Shown in pieces: positions 17,735 to 21,510 of a stretch of DNA of 21,510 bases (its first letter is position 1; every line of letters begins with the position of its first letter). Source of the stretch: Trichomonas gallinae. Taxonomy: Eukaryota. The notes under the pieces were generated by a model, which worked only from the letters and a program-made list of their open reading frames with translations, had not been told where the DNA came from and made no database searches. A program made the position numbers and the translations under genes. Location: assembly GCA_008369845.1 (NCBI GenBank), contig MRSU01010312.1:62001-83510 (forward strand), read 5' to 3'.

Positions 17735-18796
17735 ATGTTTGTTTTCTTCCTTCTAGCTTTAGCAGTTAGATCGGCAGTTGACAACGATCTTCCATTCGAT
17801 GATGAGCCATCTCACCAGGAAGTTTCACATGATGAACCAGAAGAAATCGAAGACGATGCAGAAAATGTTGATGGACCAACACCGACACCATCACCAACAC
17901 CAAAAGTTTTTACACCCGTGCCACTAAAGGACGTACTTTCAATGCGTGAAGTTTTAGTTGTCTGCATCCTCGTTGTTTATATCCTCGTATTTTTCATTGG
18001 AAAGAGCAACATCAAACAGAAATTCACAAACTTCGAGAAGACAGTTCTCCCACAATTCAGAGACAAGTATTTCGCGATTGTTCCAGAAGAAATGCAATAC
18101 GATAATGTTCACAGAAGAAGATGCTACATCACAGGCAGAAATGGCTACCAGGGTGGTATCATCACAATCCAATACCCATACTCCTGTGATCCACTTGGCA
18201 TCCTCTACTCTTCTTTCAATGGACATAAGCCAACACTTATCGTCGAGCTTATTTGCCAACCACTTACAAAGTCAAACGGATTCCTCCGCATCACAAACCA
18301 GAAACCACACTTCTTTGACCAGTTCAAGCTAAAGCAAACAAACGTTGAGGCAGATTCGCGCCTTAAGTGCTACTCAGACTTTGGCGACGTCAAGAATGAG
18401 TTCGTTGGCAAGGTCAATGAGTTCTTAGCTGAATTTCCACGCTCAATTCAGATGATCGAAGCCAGTGATCTTAACGAATACGAAACAAAGCTCGAATCCA
18501 ACTACGTCTGCAGATTCGAATTCACAATTACAAAGCCAGAACTTCTTTCTGAGAAGTTAGTCGACTTCGTTATGGACTTCGCTGATACATTCGTTACACT
18601 TCAGCTTTCTAAGGAGCAGCGTGACAAGAACGACAAGCTTCGTAACGCCCTCATTGCCGAAAGACAACGCCGCGAAGCTGAAGAGAAGAAAGCAAATGAA
18701 AAGCTCTCCAAGGAGGAAATCAAGAGACTCCAGGAGAAGCAGGAGCGCAAGGAGAAGAGAAAGAACTCTCCGAAGGTTAAAGTTGTCAGAAACTAA
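17735..18796 (+). CDS. CCDC47: CCDC47 / PAT-complex subunit (DUF1682 family)-like ER membrane protein
   Basis: Architecture matches CCDC47: signal peptide (MFVFFLLALAVRS), acidic lumenal segment, one TM helix (EVLVVCILVVYILVFFIG) followed by KSN, a YITGR motif corresponding to the family's Y/W-x-T/S-GR, and a C-terminal E/K/R coiled coil ending in basic PKVKVV. Codons are strongly C-ending. Confidence 0.8.
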   Translation: MFVFFLLALAVRSAVDNDLPFDDEPSHQEVSHDEPEEIEDDAENVDGPTPTPSPTPKVFTPVPLKDVLSMREVLVVCILVVYILVFFIGKSNIKQKFTNFEKTVLPQFRDKYFAIVPEEMQYDNVHRRRCYITGRNGYQGGIITIQYPYSCDPLGILYSSFNGHKPTLIVELICQPLTKSNGFLRITNQKPHFFDQFKLKQTNVEADSRLKCYSDFGDVKNEFVGKVNEFLAEFPRSIQMIEASDLNEYETKLESNYVCRFEFTITKPELLSEKLVDFVMDFADTFVTLQLSKEQRDKNDKLRNALIAERQRREAEEKKANEKLSKEEIKRLQEKQERKEKRKNSPKVKVVRN

Positions 18797-19066
18797 TTTT
18801 AATTATAAATAACACAATATGTAGCGAAAAATAAATATTTTTTCACATAAATATAAACTAGTTGCCCTAAACTGGCCCCTAACGTTTGATATAATAGCAA
18901 AATCAAAAATTGTATTTTTATTTATTGTAAATTTACAATTCTTTATCCAAATAAACTCATTTAAATTATGCTAATAAAAATATTTCATTTAAATAGTTGG
19001 CTTTTATGTTAAATAATTTTCATGAAATTTTAAAAAATTGTAAAACAAGAGTTATTTTTTCGGTAG

Positions 19067-19086
19067 AATTTAAAAGATACAGTTTA
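19067..19086 (-). terminator. Trichomonad-type 3' processing signal: TAAA overlapping the stop codon, plus a downstream Y-AAATT cleavage-like site
   Basis: The minus strand reads tta TAAActgtatcttTTAAATT. The TBC gene stop at 19821-19823 also reads TAAA. Confidence 0.45.
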
Positions 19087-19389
19087 TAAGTTAAAACCAC
19101 CATGTTCGAAGTTGATACCAAGGTGCTGCTTTTCAGTGAATTGGCGAGAGACGGTCTTGTAAGTTGATGGTCTTTCGTACTCGGAAACATCCATTGCTCC
19201 GTAGTCGTTATTTGTAGTTCTGTAAATCGGGTGCTCTTCACGGAAAGTTCCGCGAGATGTTAATGTTGAAAAACGGTCTGGAACTTGGCCTTCAGCGGCA
19301 AGCTTTTCTTGCACGCGGGCTTCTATTCTGGCGAGATAAGTGTCGACATCTTCATCTGGCTTCTGACCTGGAAGGCGTTGATTGCTCAT
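19084..19389 (-). CDS. PIERCE1/PIERCE2 (FAP182, DUF4490)-like ciliary doublet microtubule inner protein
   Basis: HPIYRTTNNDYG...YERPSTYKTVSRQFTEKQHLGINFEHGGFN matches the family pattern P-x-YRT-x-N-x-x-YG...E-x-P-x-x-[FY]...S-x-x-F[ST]...G-x-[FY]-x-x-x-x-[FL]N. The small size also fits. Confidence 0.8.
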   Translation of the reverse strand: MSNQRLPGQKPDEDVDTYLARIEARVQEKLAAEGQVPDRFSTLTSRGTFREEHPIYRTTNNDYGAMDVSEYERPSTYKTVSRQFTEKQHLGINFEHGGFNL

Positions 19390-19429
19390 TCTATATATTG
19401 TACGTTTTTATTTCTAACAGGGGTCAATT

Positions 19430-19563
19430 AGTGTCAGACCCTCTTTAATTTTCAAAACTGTGACACTTTTGGTATTTTTGACGCTTTACAAATTACTTTA
19501 CATTTCGGTTTTTCGTGAAATCTTTCACGCTTTTTGTGTTTTTGACACTTTACATGACGTTTT
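19430..19563. promoter_or_regulatory. Cluster of T[GC]ACRYTTT-type motifs upstream of the PIERCE-like gene
   Basis: TGACACTTT at 19461, TGACGCTTT at 19479, TCACGCTTT at 19525, TGACACTTT at 19543, TGACGTTTT at 19555, and an inverted AGTGTCA at 19430. Confidence 0.55.
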
Positions 19564-19820
19564 TTTCTAGAAATCACCCACATTTCTTATTTCTTCATCG
19601 ATGAAATTTTTATAACCATTATCACCATTTTTTAACAAAATCTCAAATCCAATTTCTATTCTTATTTTTTATTTCAAGATCTAATTTTAAAAGTATTTCC
19701 ATTAATTGTTTTAGCTCAGATATAACTGTCCTATTAGTTGATTTTAGTTTGATTTGAAATAAATAAATTTGAATGAGAAATATTACAACAAAGTTTATTT
19801 CAACAATCATATAATGGGAT

Positions 19821-21272
19821 TTAGAGTCCAATATTTGCAGTTACAGCTAAAAGTTCCTCTACATTAATTTGAGCTAGTTTTTCTTGGAAGACTTGAATGA
19901 ATTTTTGATTGGTATCAATGTTTTCCTTGAAAATAGAGTCAGCGAGACAGTATAATATCGCGCAAACGAATTTTTCCAAAAAGTTTGGAATGCAGAGGGA
20001 TGAAATGAACACACGTGTTATATCTTTCTGTGGAAGAGCTTGCGTAAAGAATGATTCCATATCAGGAATCAGGAACAAAAATGAGTAACATTGAAGATAT
20101 CTGTACAATTGAAGAACTTCTGGTCTGTTCTTCTTGAAGTACTCACCAACTGTAGTAAATAGATTGAAGATACGTGGTGCCTTTGTATCTGTTGAGATGT
20201 CTTCGAATTTATCTTTTGAAAATAAATCAACGAAAGCCCAGAAAATGAGGGACTCACATTCAACGAGGTTGTGCGATGAATCATCATAAAAGATAATTGA
20301 ATCAGTATTAACAGCTTTGACATAAATATTCATTATCGCGCTGACAATGTGTAATATGGATTTGTTGTAGTACATGTGATTGTAGTCGAAGTATGTCAAA
20401 GTAAGCAAGACGTTGAATGCAATTTGCATCAAAATATCGGAATCTCTGAATAAATTCGATGATTCTTGGATTTCTTTCTCGAGTTGCATAACTAAATCTC
20501 TTAAATGCTGATAGAAATTCCATTGAATCTTTGTTGTTGCCTGCCATTGGCTTTTTGTTTTAATATATTCGTCGTATCTCGTTTTTCTGTTATCATTTCT
20601 TTGCTCAGTTGTTGTGTCTTCTTCATTTTTCTGTACAAGATAGTCAAATAACAAATATTGAAGATAATCATCTGCACGACAATTGAAAAATTCTTTTTGA
20701 CAATCGAAATCTGGTTTCAAGCGACCTTCTTCATCGAATGCATTTAGAAACACCTCTTTTGTTAATACTTTTGGCTGTATTGGTTGTTCTGGTAAAACTT
20801 TGCTAATAATCTTGAGTTTTTCGTTCATTTCGTTATTGATGTACATATTTGTATTTCCGAAAGGATTGAAACCAACAAGTTTCAAGTTTAAAGAGCATAA
20901 TTCGAAACTTGTGGAATTTTCAAGTGTAGATAAGATGATGTAATGTCTCGAAATCATATCCAAAATCTGTTTAACTTTAAAGTATCCATCCAAAGCGAAA
21001 TCAACTTTAGAATCTTGCTTATGGAATGTAATTTGGACAGATCTTGCCATTGATATCGACATTCTGTTATAATCAGAAAGCATAAACGCAAAATCTGGGA
21101 TTTGTTCGAGTATTTCTGATTGTGTTTGTGTAAGATTTTGTTCAATTAAAATTGATGAGTAAAAATTAAAGAAAATAGCATTAGGAGTTTCTTCAATCGT
21201 TAGTGTTCCTTTAGAATAATGCGTTGGTGATTCAAGATACTCAGCTTGAAAAATTAGAGGAGATTTCAGCAT
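19821..21272 (-). CDS. TBC1D15/17-Gyp7-like Rab-GAP (TBC domain) homologue, probably catalytically inactive
   Basis: The segments LTKEVFLNAFDEEGRL, TTEQR...DEYIKTKSQWQ...Q...LRDL..QLEKEI, FNVLLTL...D....Y and E..IFWAF are colinear with the TBC1D15/Gyp7 TBC domain. The beta-rich N-terminus is compatible with that family's PH-like domain. Confidence 0.75.
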   Translation of the reverse strand: MLKSPLIFQAEYLESPTHYSKGTLTIEETPNAIFFNFYSSILIEQNLTQTQSEILEQIPDFAFMLSDYNRMSISMARSVQITFHKQDSKVDFALDGYFKVKQILDMISRHYIILSTLENSTSFELCSLNLKLVGFNPFGNTNMYINNEMNEKLKIISKVLPEQPIQPKVLTKEVFLNAFDEEGRLKPDFDCQKEFFNCRADDYLQYLLFDYLVQKNEEDTTTEQRNDNRKTRYDEYIKTKSQWQATTKIQWNFYQHLRDLVMQLEKEIQESSNLFRDSDILMQIAFNVLLTLTYFDYNHMYYNKSILHIVSAIMNIYVKAVNTDSIIFYDDSSHNLVECESLIFWAFVDLFSKDKFEDISTDTKAPRIFNLFTTVGEYFKKNRPEVLQLYRYLQCYSFLFLIPDMESFFTQALPQKDITRVFISSLCIPNFLEKFVCAILYCLADSIFKENIDTNQKFIQVFQEKLAQINVEELLAVTANIGL

Positions 21273-21285
21273 TTTTCGAAGTTAA

Positions 21286-21292
21286 AAAATGA
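21286..21292 (-). promoter_or_regulatory. Initiator (Inr) element TCATTTT of the TBC-like gene
   Basis: The minus strand reads ttTCATTTTttaacttcgaaaaATG, placing the Inr 14-20 nt upstream of the ATG. Confidence 0.7.
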
Positions 21293-21431
21293 AATTAAAT
21301 GTTGATAAAGTTCAAATATGAAGACTGTAAAGAATCTAAATATCATAGTAAAATCCCTCAAATTCTTAATTTAACAATGGCATTAAACTTGATTACCATG
21401 TGGTAATATAAGATTTTCAAGATTTCGAATA

Positions 21432-21504
21432 GCCTGCGTAGCATAGTGGTTATTGCGTGCGCCTTGTAAGCGCAAGGTCGCCGGTTCAACTCCGGTCGTA
21501 GGCA
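21432..21504 (+). tRNA. tRNA-Thr (anticodon UGU), intron-less, CCA not encoded
   Basis: Cloverleaf: acceptor GCCTGCG/CGTAGGC, D arm GCA..TGC with AGTGG, anticodon stem TGCGC/GCGCA with loop CT-TGT-AA (anticodon 21465-21467), T arm GCCGG-TTCAACT-CCGGT, discriminator A. Confidence 0.97.
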
Positions 21505-21510
21505 AAACTT

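Noticed and set aside
19412..19420. TTCTAACAG here, and TACTAAC at 5791, resembling branch-point/3' splice signals
   Set aside because: Both are on the strand opposite the local gene, lack the full trichomonad ACTAACACACAG motif and have no matching 5' splice site.
19643..19831. 62-aa minus-strand ORF directly after the TBC-like gene, and 19020-19241 overlapping the PIERCE-like gene
   Set aside because: The first is AT-rich 3'/intergenic sequence and the second is an alternative frame of a real gene. Neither has motif support.
17735..21504. Idea that CCDC47, PIERCE, the TBC-like gene and the tRNA form a functional cluster
   Set aside because: Their functions are unrelated, their orientations are mixed and each has its own upstream region. 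This is ordinary compact eukaryotic gene order.

Overview
AT-rich, apparently intron-less eukaryotic DNA, most likely from a trichomonad (Trichomonas vaginalis-like parabasalid). This is inferred from TCATTTT initiator elements just upstream of ATGs, TAAA signals overlapping stop codons, a Bap-like surface protein and a DRL..R...CWF.ENW family gene. The window holds six protein genes and one tRNA. (1) A ~1260-aa Bap-like surface protein with a Cys-containing, probably beta-helical head and nine Ig/cadherin-like repeats. (2) A 138-aa uncharacterised CWFxENW-family protein with a C-terminal IxxLLN motif. (3) A ~2760-aa modular low-complexity/coiled-coil protein with several distinct repeat arrays. 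(4) A CCDC47/PAT-complex-like ER membrane protein. (5) A PIERCE1/2 (FAP182)-like axonemal microtubule inner protein. (6) A TBC1D15/Gyp7-like Rab-GAP homologue that appears to have lost both catalytic fingers. A tRNA-Thr(UGU) lies at the right edge. The best leads are the apparent pseudo-GAP, the candidate lineage-specific transcription regulator, the unrecognised repeat modules of the giant protein, a frame-breaking 16-bp duplication inside an intact ORF, and a clustered motif upstream of the ciliary gene. Family calls come from motif recognition by eye, with no database search. I see no multi-gene novel system that I can support.
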